Positions 1-9,003 of a DNA stretch of 64,000 nucleotides are shown in pieces. Source of the stretch: Planctomycetota bacterium (GTDB lineage: Bacteria > Planctomycetota > SZUA-567 > H5-PLA8); contig JBBRPR010000020.1 of NCBI GenBank assembly GCA_038227875.1, forward strand, positions 1-64,000, given 5' to 3'. Position 1 is the stretch's first letter. Each line of letters starts with the position of its first letter. The translations under genes were made by a program, and so were the position numbers. The notes under the pieces are model-generated. The model saw only the letters and a list, made by a program, of their open reading frames with translations. It was not told the DNA's origin and did not search any database.

Positions 1-118
1 CGAAACGTGTCTCCCGCTGCCTGCGGCCCCATCCTGCCAACCTCTTCCACTATCTCGTCACTTTCCATTTTCATCGCTCCCATACCTTTCTTCATCGGCA
101 CAGGACGCTCTTCAATTT

Positions 119-586
119 TCAACAATCAGTGGGACGCTTCCTTCGATGAGGCGCCTCTAACATTCGGAGACGAGCAATCAGCCCTACAACCTGAAACGAA
201 AACAGAAAGGGAAAGCGCGTGACTCCTTTTTCTTTGCAGCTCTCAAGCGCGCGCCGCCTCCCCTCTGCGGCGAGCATCCCCCCAAACCTGGAGAGCAACG
301 GATGAGCATAAAACGGGTGACTGCGGCTTGATGCAGCGCGTCTCCAAAAATGAGGCGGCCATCCCAACGCAATCAGGCCTTCGACTTGCCAGTATTGCAA
401 TAGATTGATCAGTGCATACTGATCGTATAACCGCAGGAGTTTTTGATCGAGAGCATTCAACTCGTCTCGCACCAGATGATGTATTGTCATCCCGGCATGC
501 TGTGCAGCGCCTTGGATCAGCCAATTTAGCGTCAGCCTCTTGTTGATCTCATCACGCAGGCTGTGGTCATTCATCGCCGCAGCCAC
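119..586 (-). CDS. Hypothetical protein, possibly C-terminally truncated
   Basis: 155-aa ORF with globular-looking composition (NWLIQGAAQHAG); overlaps the end of the upstream 571..801 ORF. Confidence 0.6.
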   Translation of the reverse strand: MAAAMNDHSLRDEINKRLTLNWLIQGAAQHAGMTIHHLVRDELNALDQKLLRLYDQYALINLLQYWQVEGLIALGWPPHFWRRAASSRSHPFYAHPLLSRFGGMLAAEGRRRALESCKEKGVTRFPFLFSFQVVGLIARLRMLEAPHRRKRPTDC

Positions 587-801
587 AATTTAGGCTCCGG
601 CGTTGGCCGTGTCTTGGGCCAAGCGGGTTTGAAGGGGTCCAGTTCACGCCGTGGCTTTGGCGGTGGCGTGTCGGGCCGCGGTGGTGCCTTAGGCTTCTTC
701 TCGGGCTTGCTCGGTGGCGCAACCGGAACACCGTTCATCCAATTTACTCGGTGGCGCTCAAAAGCCAGTCTGTGCCGATGTTGCTTTTCATGAATCCGCA
801 T
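571..801 (-). CDS. Small proline/lysine-rich hypothetical protein
   Basis: 76-aa ORF, Pro-rich (APPSKPEKKPKAPPRPDTPPPKPRR), same strand as and overlapping 119..586. Confidence 0.45.
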   Translation of the reverse strand: MRIHEKQHRHRLAFERHRVNWMNGVPVAPPSKPEKKPKAPPRPDTPPPKPRRELDPFKPAWPKTRPTPEPKLWLRR

Positions 802-1082
802 CCGATGTTCCTAATATTTGGGTGCATGGACAAGCAAGAATACATAAAGCGGGCAAAGCGCAATCGGCAAAAGACAGCTAGCTTTGTTAACGTCTCGCCC
901 CTGTTCCCATACCCCAACACTTTCCTGCGCTGATTCTGTGTTTCTCCGCTCGTACATTAAACCTACGTTAGCACGGGAGAAAGGCAGGAAGAGCGCTTAA
1001 TCTTGCCCTTAATCCCGTGCAAATCGACCCTAATGTTACATTTTACTTCCAGCAAATTTGCCCAAGGTTGGGCCGCCGACAT

Positions 1083-1108
1083 ACCAGGGAACGAATTCGT
1101 TCCCTGGT
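1083..1108. repeat. Perfect 26-bp palindrome (REP-like or operator)
   Basis: ACCAGGGAACGAATTCGTTCCCTGGT is its own reverse complement; lies in a divergent intergenic region. Confidence 0.75.
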
Positions 1109-1351
1109 TAATTTCCAGCCATGGCACATCACTTCCCGCGTGTGTTTTTTGAATTCGCGACAGGGTGTCTGATTTTGACCTTCAGGCCAATTGCCTTGAA
1201 GGTCCGATCCGAAAGAAGCGCCTCCGGCACCGACGGTTTTTGAATTTCGAATTTCGACCTGCACCCTGCCGTAAAAGACTTGACTACGCTTGCCTAACGC
1301 CCACAATATCAAAACTTTGCGGATTTTTGCTGGGGGGCGAAAGGGGTTCAT

Positions 1352-2032
1352 GTGGACCACGAGTGGAAAATTGGTAAGCCCAGTTCCGCGTGTGTGTTGT
1401 GCAACAGTGCATTCGTCAGATCAGGCTCGGAATCCAGTTCGGCAACGCCTGTAGAAGGGGCGGGACCACACTACTTCTCGGCGCTGATCCAGGCTCCGGA
1501 AGGTCTCGTCCGCACGGATTTTTGCGCGGATTGTTTTCGGGACCGGCGCCCGGCTGATGTCTATTACTTCTGGAAGACAGCCGTTTCCACGGGCGGTCCG
1601 GTCGTCAAGAAACAGGCGCCGGTCGATATCGATTTCGTGCTCGATTTCTTCAAGCGGCTCGAAGGCGAGATGGCGCCGCAACGCGTTGCCTTCCGCTATA
1701 TTCTGGCGTTGATGCTGACGCGCAAGAAACTGCTCCTCGCCGACGGAAAAACGCGCGACGCGCAGGGCACGGAAATGCAGCTGTACCGGGAAAAGCGCGG
1801 CGGCCAGCAACACCGCGTGTATGCGCCGGAACTGAATCCCGACGAGATCATCGCCGTGACGGAAGAACTTGGCGCGCTGTTGGGATTGAACAAACCGGCC
1901 GCCGCTGCGCCCGCAACTCCGGACAGCTCAGCGCCGGAATCGGCAGCCGCAAACGACAGTACGGAAGCGCCCGTCGGGGATACGGTCGCGGAAGAGAGTC
2001 CCGAAGCGGAAACGACTCGGAGCGCCTCATGA
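1352..2032 (+). CDS. Hypothetical protein with putative Zn-binding CxxC...CxxC motif
   Basis: CVLC and CADC pairs, acidic low-complexity tail; ATGA overlap with the next gene. Confidence 0.8.
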   Translation: MDHEWKIGKPSSACVLCNSAFVRSGSESSSATPVEGAGPHYFSALIQAPEGLVRTDFCADCFRDRRPADVYYFWKTAVSTGGPVVKKQAPVDIDFVLDFFKRLEGEMAPQRVAFRYILALMLTRKKLLLADGKTRDAQGTEMQLYREKRGGQQHRVYAPELNPDEIIAVTEELGALLGLNKPAAAAPATPDSSAPESAAANDSTEAPVGDTVAEESPEAETTRSAS

Positions 2033-5000
2033 CCAGCAAGTCCGCCAAATGCTTTTGGCTCTGCGCGCTGACGCTTTCCATCGCGTGCCTGAACCTGGCG
2101 CGCGCGGCTGATGATCCGCCCGCCGACGACGACGGACGCGTCAAGCTCGTCGCCAAGGCTCGCGCACGCGAAGGCGGCAAGCTCACGTTCCTCTGGACGC
2201 AGGTTGAAGGTCCGACCGTAAAGGTCGCCGACGCCTCCGCCGCGCGCCTCGATGAGAGCGATCCGGAAAAGCGCCGTTGGATCAGCGAGACGTTCTACAT
2301 CCCCACCGAACCGGGCCGCTACATTTTCAAGCTCAGCGTCCGCAACGAGGACGGCCAGGAAAGCACCAAGGTCTTCCCTGCCACGGAAGTGCTGCCGCCC
2401 AAGCCTCCGCCGGTCGCGGTCGCCGGTCCCGATCAGCCCGCGCGCACCGTGGGCGACCTCGTCCGCCTCAACGGCGCCGACAGCAAGACCTCCGATGGCA
2501 AGCCGATCGTGAAATGGGAATGGAGCCTGGTGCAGGGCCCGCCCAAGTTCAAGCCCGATCCCAAGCAGCTCCTGCAGTCCGCTTACGAATTCAAAGCCGA
2601 AGAAGCTGGCGTCTACCAGTTTGACCTGCGCGTCTTCGACGGCAAGCGCTGGAGCGTTCCGGCCGGAACCGTGGTGACCGTGCGCGCCAAGAGTCTGCCG
2701 CCGGACATCATCGACGATCCTGACACCACCGCCAAAAAGATTGAACTGACGACGCCCGGTCCGGACATCACCAAGCCCTCGCCAAAGGTGTACAAGGCCG
2801 TCGTCACGCCCGGCCGCGAAGCCAAGCCGGGTGAAACGCTGGTGCTCGATGGTTCGGCCTCCAATCCGCCGGCCGAAAGCCATCCCGAATTCTTCTGGCA
2901 CCAGTCGGATGAAAAAGGCCCGATGGCCCGGCAGCTCAAGGCCGACCGCACCAAGCCCTTCGATCGCGCGCGCGAAGACGCCTACAACTATCCCGTCTGG
3001 ACCTTCTCGCCCAGCGAACCGGGAACGTACCGCTTCTCGCTCGAAATCTCGCTCAACGACGGCACCAAGAAGGAAAGCGAAATCGTCACCTACACCGTCG
3101 TCGATCCCAACGCGCCAGCCGCGGTCGCGCCCGTTCCGCCCACGCCAGCCGCCAATGCTGGTCTGCTCAGCGCCCACATCACCGCCGAACGCGTGAACGT
3201 CGACGCCGGCGACACCGTGCGCCTCGACGCCTCCAAGAGTTCTCCCGAAGGTGCGAAGCTCAAGTACATCTGGGGACCCGTGGCCGGAAAGCTCCACCCC
3301 AAGAAGTGGTCCGGCGACGACGGCCCGCTGGTCGAATTCACGGTCGATGAGGAAGGCGAGTACGGCGTCTCGCTGCGCGTCGCCGATGGCGACAAGGAAA
3401 GCCCGCCGGACCAGATCATCATCACCGTTGGACCGCCCAACAAGCCGCCGGTGATCGATCTCCCCGCGACCTACGAAGCCAACGTCGGCGAGAAGCTGAC
3501 GCTCGAAGCCAAGGTCACCGATCCGGAGGGCGACAAATACAACCTGAAGTGGGTCTGTCTCGATCCGCCGGACCTGAAGATCAAAGACGAAAAGAGCAAC
3601 GTCGACCTCTCCACGCTGCCGTCGCTGGTCTTCAAGCCGTGGAAGCCGGGGCACTACGTCTTCCGCCTCAGCGCCGTCGACGCCAAGGGCCATTCCTCGA
3701 AAGCCGAAACGACGATCACCGTCAAGCCGGCCGTCGAACGCCAGCCCACGGCAAAGATCGTCGGTCCCGAAGGCCCCGTCGTCGCGGGCAAGAAAGTCAC
3801 GCTCGATGGCTCGAAGTCCTTCAGCGCGATGAAGGGCACGATGACCTACAATTGGAAACAGGAATCCGGCGATGCGATCCCCGGCGACGCGCCCAATTTC
3901 AAGCAGAGCAAATGGGAGTTCACCCCGCCGAAGGCTGGCCGTTACGTCTTTACGCTCGAAGTCATCGACGGCACGATCAAGAGCCCCGTCGACAAGTATG
4001 TGCTGGAAGTCGGTGAAGCCACGCACCAGCCGCCCGTCGCCAAAATCGCCGGCGCGTCCTCGGTGAAAGTGGAAGAGAACGAAACGCTGATCCTCGACGG
4101 CTCCGAATCCTCCGCCGAAGATCACGGCAAGCTCACCTTTAAGTGGACCAAGCTCGATGGCGCGGCCGACGTTAAAATCGACGACGCCGAAACGCCGAAG
4201 GCCAAGTTCTCCTCGGCCACGCCCGGACCCGCGCGTGTCCAGCTCGTCGTCAACGACGGCTTCAACGACAGCGCGGCGGCGGTCGTGACGTTGAACTTTG
4301 CCAAGGGCAAGTCCAAGCCGGTCGCGAAGATCAGCGGACCGACAACGGCAACGGCCGGCACGACCGTGACGCTGAGCGGTGCCGAGAGCACCGCCGATAG
4401 CGAGATCACCTCCTATTTGTGGAAACAGGACGGCCCGAAGCTCGACCGCCGTCCCGACCTGCGCAAGAAGGAACTGCGCTTCGAACCGAAATTGCCTGGC
4501 ACATACGTACTGACGCTTCAGGTCGTCGATGGCAAGGGTCTGAAGAGCGAGCCGGTGACGCAGTCGGTGGAAGTCGCCGGTCCAGTCCAGCCGCCGCACG
4601 CCGCGGCCTCGGTGCTGCGTGAAGACACGGGTGAGCCTGCGATCGGCAAGGTCGTCAAGCTCAGCGCGCGCGGCAGTCTTGATCCGCAGGGCGGGCCGCT
4701 CACCTATAAATGGAAGCAGGTCTCCGGCGATCCCGTCGAATTGCCTGCGACCATGGACGAGATCATCAACATCGTTCCGCCCGCGGCCGGGAAGTACGTC
4801 TTCGAACTGATCGTCAACAACGGCAAGGCCGACAGCACGCCGGTGGAGACGGAATTCACCGTTGCCGGTCCGCACACGCCGCCGGTGGCCAAGATCGGAG
4901 AGATTGTGGCCGGCGAACCGGGTGAGAAAGTCGTGCTCGACGGCTCCACGTCAACGACTAGCGACCCCAGCGCCAAGATCGAATTCCGCTGGACCAAGAC

Positions 5001-6273
5001 CACTGGTCCGGAAGTGAAGTACCTCGGCCGCAACGCCGAAAGCAAACCGAAGCTCGAACTGATTCCCACCGCCGACGGCGAATACGTCTTCGAACTAAAG
5101 GTCTTCGACGGCAAGGAATGGAGCGGGCCAGTGCAGGCCGCGTTCAAGACCCGCGCGCCCAACGCGCCGCCGGTGGCGCTGGTCAGCATCCCCAACAACA
5201 GCCGTGAGCTTCATACCGAAGAAGGCATGGAGACGGTCCTCGACGGCTCGCAGTCCAGCGATCCCGACAACGGACCCAAGCCGCTGACCTACCTGTGGAA
5301 GCAGACCGCCGGCCCGCGCGTGGAATTGAAAACCGAAGGCGCGCAGGCCCGCTTTACGCCGCCGAAGCTCGGCACGATGACATTCCAGCTCGTCGTCAAT
5401 GACGGCAAGTCCAGCAGTGCCGCCGCGCCGGTCACCGTGGTCGTTTTGAAGGCCGGCACGATGCCCGTTGCTGTTCCGGACTTCAGCCCCAAGCCCGCGA
5501 AGGCCGCCAACCGCGCGCAGCGCAACAACCTGCTGATCCTCGACGGCACCAAGAGCAGGCCCAACAAGAAACTCACCTATCAGTGGAAGCAGATCGGCGG
5601 CGAAGACCTGCACCTGCCGCCCGACCGCTTGAACAAAGATCGCGTGGGTCTGCTGGTTTACGTACCGGGCATCTACAAGTTCCAGCTGACTGTCTCCGAC
5701 GACCAGTACACCAGCCAGCCGACGGTGCTGGAAATCAACGTGGTCGAAGACGGCGCGTCTGCTCCGCCGCCAGCCCCGGCGCCCGCTCCGGAAGCCACGG
5801 AAAAGAAGAAACCAACGCCGGACAAGACCGACGCCAATCAGGACACCAAGGGGCCGACGTCCTCCGACGCCGGAAGCAAGGATGGCGCGTTGCTCCCTCC
5901 GCCGAAGGACGCGGAGAAACCCGTGACCACCGAAGCGCCCGAGAAGCCCTCGAACGCCGATCACGCCGCGCTCAAGAAGAAGCTCGAAGTTCTCTCCAAG
6001 ACGCCCGGCGCCGAAGCTGACCGCGCGCTCGTCGAAGCGCTCGGTAATCCCGACAAGGACATCCGCAACACTGCGGTGGAAGCGTTCTACCGTCGCGGCG
6101 TCACCAGCATTCCCGCCCTGATCGGCGCGCTGGAAAGTTCCAACGTCATGACCCGCAACGTCGCCTATGCCGCGCTGAAGGAACTGACTCACGAAACCTT
6201 CGGACCCGAACCGGAAAAGTGGAAGGACTGGTGGGCCGCGCAACCCGCCGCCAAGAGCGCCTCCAGCGACTGA
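2029..6273 (+). CDS. Secreted PKD/REJ (KIAA0319-like Ig) repeat protein with C-terminal HEAT repeat
   Basis: Signal peptide; about 12 repeats of LDGSxS...YxWxQxxGP...GxYxFxLxV; Pro-rich linker; HEAT-like end (IPALIGALES, FGPEPEKWKDWW). Confidence 0.9.
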   Translation: MTSKSAKCFWLCALTLSIACLNLARAADDPPADDDGRVKLVAKARAREGGKLTFLWTQVEGPTVKVADASAARLDESDPEKRRWISETFYIPTEPGRYIFKLSVRNEDGQESTKVFPATEVLPPKPPPVAVAGPDQPARTVGDLVRLNGADSKTSDGKPIVKWEWSLVQGPPKFKPDPKQLLQSAYEFKAEEAGVYQFDLRVFDGKRWSVPAGTVVTVRAKSLPPDIIDDPDTTAKKIELTTPGPDITKPSPKVYKAVVTPGREAKPGETLVLDGSASNPPAESHPEFFWHQSDEKGPMARQLKADRTKPFDRAREDAYNYPVWTFSPSEPGTYRFSLEISLNDGTKKESEIVTYTVVDPNAPAAVAPVPPTPAANAGLLSAHITAERVNVDAGDTVRLDASKSSPEGAKLKYIWGPVAGKLHPKKWSGDDGPLVEFTVDEEGEYGVSLRVADGDKESPPDQIIITVGPPNKPPVIDLPATYEANVGEKLTLEAKVTDPEGDKYNLKWVCLDPPDLKIKDEKSNVDLSTLPSLVFKPWKPGHYVFRLSAVDAKGHSSKAETTITVKPAVERQPTAKIVGPEGPVVAGKKVTLDGSKSFSAMKGTMTYNWKQESGDAIPGDAPNFKQSKWEFTPPKAGRYVFTLEVIDGTIKSPVDKYVLEVGEATHQPPVAKIAGASSVKVEENETLILDGSESSAEDHGKLTFKWTKLDGAADVKIDDAETPKAKFSSATPGPARVQLVVNDGFNDSAAAVVTLNFAKGKSKPVAKISGPTTATAGTTVTLSGAESTADSEITSYLWKQDGPKLDRRPDLRKKELRFEPKLPGTYVLTLQVVDGKGLKSEPVTQSVEVAGPVQPPHAAASVLREDTGEPAIGKVVKLSARGSLDPQGGPLTYKWKQVSGDPVELPATMDEIINIVPPAAGKYVFELIVNNGKADSTPVETEFTVAGPHTPPVAKIGEIVAGEPGEKVVLDGSTSTTSDPSAKIEFRWTKTTGPEVKYLGRNAESKPKLELIPTADGEYVFELKVFDGKEWSGPVQAAFKTRAPNAPPVALVSIPNNSRELHTEEGMETVLDGSQSSDPDNGPKPLTYLWKQTAGPRVELKTEGAQARFTPPKLGTMTFQLVVNDGKSSSAAAPVTVVVLKAGTMPVAVPDFSPKPAKAANRAQRNNLLILDGTKSRPNKKLTYQWKQIGGEDLHLPPDRLNKDRVGLLVYVPGIYKFQLTVSDDQYTSQPTVLEINVVEDGASAPPPAPAPAPEATEKKKPTPDKTDANQDTKGPTSSDAGSKDGALLPPPKDAEKPVTTEAPEKPSNADHAALKKKLEVLSKTPGAEADRALVEALGNPDKDIRNTAVEAFYRRGVTSIPALIGALESSNVMTRNVAYAALKELTHETFGPEPEKWKDWWAAQPAAKSASSD

Positions 6274-6317
6274 AGTCCCTATTGCCCGACCCGATCTGAA
6301 AGCGAGCTGCTCTGATC

Positions 6318-8873
6318 ATGGATCCGCTCGACCCTATTTCACCCGCTCCATCGCCCGCGAACGCCAACGAAGATCCCGACCTGATCACGACGCAATACCG
6401 CATCAGCCCCACCGTCTTCAATCGCCGCCGCCCGCTCTTCTGGCTGGCGCTGGCGTACTGCGTTGGCATCGCGGCAGACTACTTCACGACGCCGCGCCTG
6501 CCTGCGCTCGGAGGACTGTTCGCCGCGAGCCTCACCGTCTCGCTGCTGATCCTCCTGCTGAAACGCACGCCCAAGCTGCGGACCACGTGGGCTTGCGGCG
6601 TGCTCGTCGCACTGGCCGGCGGGATGCTCGTCCACGCGCTGCGCAGCCGCATTCCCGCCAGCGACGACATCTCGCGTCGCACGCCGGCGACCTCCGCCTT
6701 TGCCTGCGTGCGCGGCGTGATTCTCGAAAACGCGCGAGAACAAGGTTCCGACCGGCCGGTCTGGACGATCTCCGTGCGCGAGTTCGGCGCCGACTTCGCA
6801 GCGCTGTCGCCGGCCTCCGGCCGCATCCGCGTGCGCCTCAACGCGCCGAGCACGACGCTCGGCGAGGGGGACACGATCGACCTCCGCGCGCGCTTGGAAG
6901 AGCCGCCGGAAGTCACCGTCCCCGGCGCGTTCGACAGCCAGGGCCAGCTCGAAGCACAGGGCGTCCGCCGCACGGGCGTGACGACACCGGAGAACGTACA
7001 GCTCGCCGCGCCGCCGTCGTGGCTGCGCCCGGATTTGCTGCTGCGCCGCTGGAGCTCCGAACTCGCCGCGCGCTTCGACCGCGTGCTGGCCGATGGCAGC
7101 GCCGCCGGTTCGCCGCAGTCGGCGCTGCTCAACGCACTGCTCTTCGGCCGCCGCGACCGCGTCGACACGTCTGACCGCGAGGCGTTCTCGATCAACGGCA
7201 CCGCCCATCTGCTGGCTATCGCCGGCTGGCATCTCCAATTCCTGGTGATGCTTTTCTGGCTGCTGCTTTCCCGGCTCGGCGTCCCGCGGCGCAGGGCCGC
7301 GTGGTTGGTCATCTTCGCCGTCTGCGCCTACTGCGCCTTCACCGGCGCGGCCACGCCCGTGGTCCGCGCCACGATCATGATTGTGCTCTACCTGCTCGCC
7401 CCGGCGCTGGGTCGCGAAGCCGATCCGCTGAGCGTGCTCGCCGCCGCGGCCATCGCCATCCTCACTGTCGCGCCGGCCGAACTGTTCACGGCCGGATTCC
7501 AGCTCTCGTTCCTCGCCGTCCTCGCGCTCGCCACGATCTACCCGGCGCTCGAAGACGCCTGGATCGCGCGCTACGACAACGGAATGCTTTCACTCCCCGC
7601 CGCACCGGAAACGTGGAAAACCAAACTCGCGCTCCGAGTGCGGCAGACGCTCTTCGTCTCCTTCGCTGCGTGGCTGGGTTCGGCGCCCGCCGTCGCGTGG
7701 CACATGGGCCGCTTCTCTGTGCTGAGCCTGCTGGTCAACCTCATCGCCGTACCGCTGGGCAGCATCTGCATGGTCTGCGGAATTGCGACGCTCGCTGCGA
7801 CTTTCATCTCCGCGACGCTGGCCGGCTGGCTGGCGGTCCTCGCCTACGCGTCACTGATTTCGCTCGAACGCGTCAACGGCGCCTTCGCCGCGCTACCGTT
7901 CGCGGCCATCGACCTGCCGACGCCGGCCATTCCCGTGCTGCTGGTCTATGCGGCGGCGCTGGCGTGGGCGTGGGTGGAGCGACGCCGAGCCGCAACCTTC
8001 GTCCGCATGACGGCGCTCTTTGGCGCTTGCCTGATCCTGCTGAACCTCGGCGTCTTCTTCCGCGAACCGCCCGCCGCACCGCGCGTCACGGTCCTCGATT
8101 TGAAGCTCGGCCGCGCCGCGCTGATCGAAGCCCCCGACGGAGGCGCCGCGCTGATCGACGCCGGCGGTCCCGGCCAGGGCGCGCGCATCGCCGAGGTGCT
8201 GCGGCGGCAGGGCATCGCGCGTTTAAGTCTGCTGGTGATCACCGCCGACGACTTCGACGCCGAAAGTGGCGCGGCGGAACTGGTTCAGCGCGTGCCCGTC
8301 GCTCGCGTGATCCTGCCGCGCGGATCGGGCGCGAGTGGCCTTCGCCGCGAGCTGGAAAAGACGCTGACGGCGCGCGGCATTCCCTACGACTGGCCGGACG
8401 CCAAGCAGCTCCTGCGCGGACCCGGCGACGTCGCATGGGAGTTCGCCGACGACGGCCCCGCATCCGGCCCGGTTACTCCCGAAACCTCGCTGGCGGTGCG
8501 CCTCACGCTGCCCGGCACGCGCATGCTCTTCGTCGCCACGCGGTCCAATGCGGGCCTGCAGCGGCTGTTGGCCAAGTCGGACGCGTCGCAGATGCAATGC
8601 GACGTGCTGCGCGTCGCGACGTCAGGCAGCGCGCATTGGCCCAATGAACTCGCGCAACTGATCCAGCGCAGCGGCTGCCGCACGATCGTCGCTGGAACGA
8701 CGAGCGCGCCCAACGAGATCGCCGGCTTCGATCTCACCGCGTACGCGACGCAGCACGAACTGCGCCTGCTCTCGCCGTATCAGGAAGGTTCGCTGCGCAT
8801 CCAAGCCGACACCGGCGGCCGCGAGCAGTTGGTTCAGGCGTACAAGGGTGGTCAGTGGCGTCCGTTGGAATGA
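6318..8873 (+). CDS. comEC: ComEC/Rec2 family competence protein
   Basis: N-terminal OB-like region (PGAFD), competence-domain motifs HLLAIAGWH, TPVVRATIM, GFQLSF; C-terminal degenerate MBL fold (LIDAG). Confidence 0.9.
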   Translation: MDPLDPISPAPSPANANEDPDLITTQYRISPTVFNRRRPLFWLALAYCVGIAADYFTTPRLPALGGLFAASLTVSLLILLLKRTPKLRTTWACGVLVALAGGMLVHALRSRIPASDDISRRTPATSAFACVRGVILENAREQGSDRPVWTISVREFGADFAALSPASGRIRVRLNAPSTTLGEGDTIDLRARLEEPPEVTVPGAFDSQGQLEAQGVRRTGVTTPENVQLAAPPSWLRPDLLLRRWSSELAARFDRVLADGSAAGSPQSALLNALLFGRRDRVDTSDREAFSINGTAHLLAIAGWHLQFLVMLFWLLLSRLGVPRRRAAWLVIFAVCAYCAFTGAATPVVRATIMIVLYLLAPALGREADPLSVLAAAAIAILTVAPAELFTAGFQLSFLAVLALATIYPALEDAWIARYDNGMLSLPAAPETWKTKLALRVRQTLFVSFAAWLGSAPAVAWHMGRFSVLSLLVNLIAVPLGSICMVCGIATLAATFISATLAGWLAVLAYASLISLERVNGAFAALPFAAIDLPTPAIPVLLVYAAALAWAWVERRRAATFVRMTALFGACLILLNLGVFFREPPAAPRVTVLDLKLGRAALIEAPDGGAALIDAGGPGQGARIAEVLRRQGIARLSLLVITADDFDAESGAAELVQRVPVARVILPRGSGASGLRRELEKTLTARGIPYDWPDAKQLLRGPGDVAWEFADDGPASGPVTPETSLAVRLTLPGTRMLFVATRSNAGLQRLLAKSDASQMQCDVLRVATSGSAHWPNELAQLIQRSGCRTIVAGTTSAPNEIAGFDLTAYATQHELRLLSPYQEGSLRIQADTGGREQLVQAYKGGQWRPLE

Positions 8874-9003
8874 GCTGTTTGTAGTCCGGGCATCCTGCCC
8901 GGTCAGCGAAGGACGGACGGCTCTTGCAAGAGACGTGTTGTCGGGGCGAAGTTGGGCCAAGTTTCAAGACGGACCGGGCGGGACGCCGGGACTACAAACA
9001 GCT
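8873..9003. repeat. GTAG-type REP dyad (REPIN-like) between convergent genes
   Basis: Arm 8873-8904 AGCTGTTTGTAGTCCGGGCATCCTGCCCGGTC is matched by an inverted arm at 8972-9003. Confidence 0.75.

Noticed and set aside
1..118. Possible minus-strand ORF starting at 95, or a frameshifted continuation of 119..586
   Set aside because: Too little sequence before the window edge to support either reading
1696..4875. 1059-aa antisense ORF
   Set aside because: Shadow of the PKD gene; high-GC codon bias removes stops on the opposite strand, and no motifs are recognisable
7301..8647. 448-aa Arg-rich alternative-frame ORF inside comEC
   Set aside because: Typical off-frame translation of GC-rich DNA
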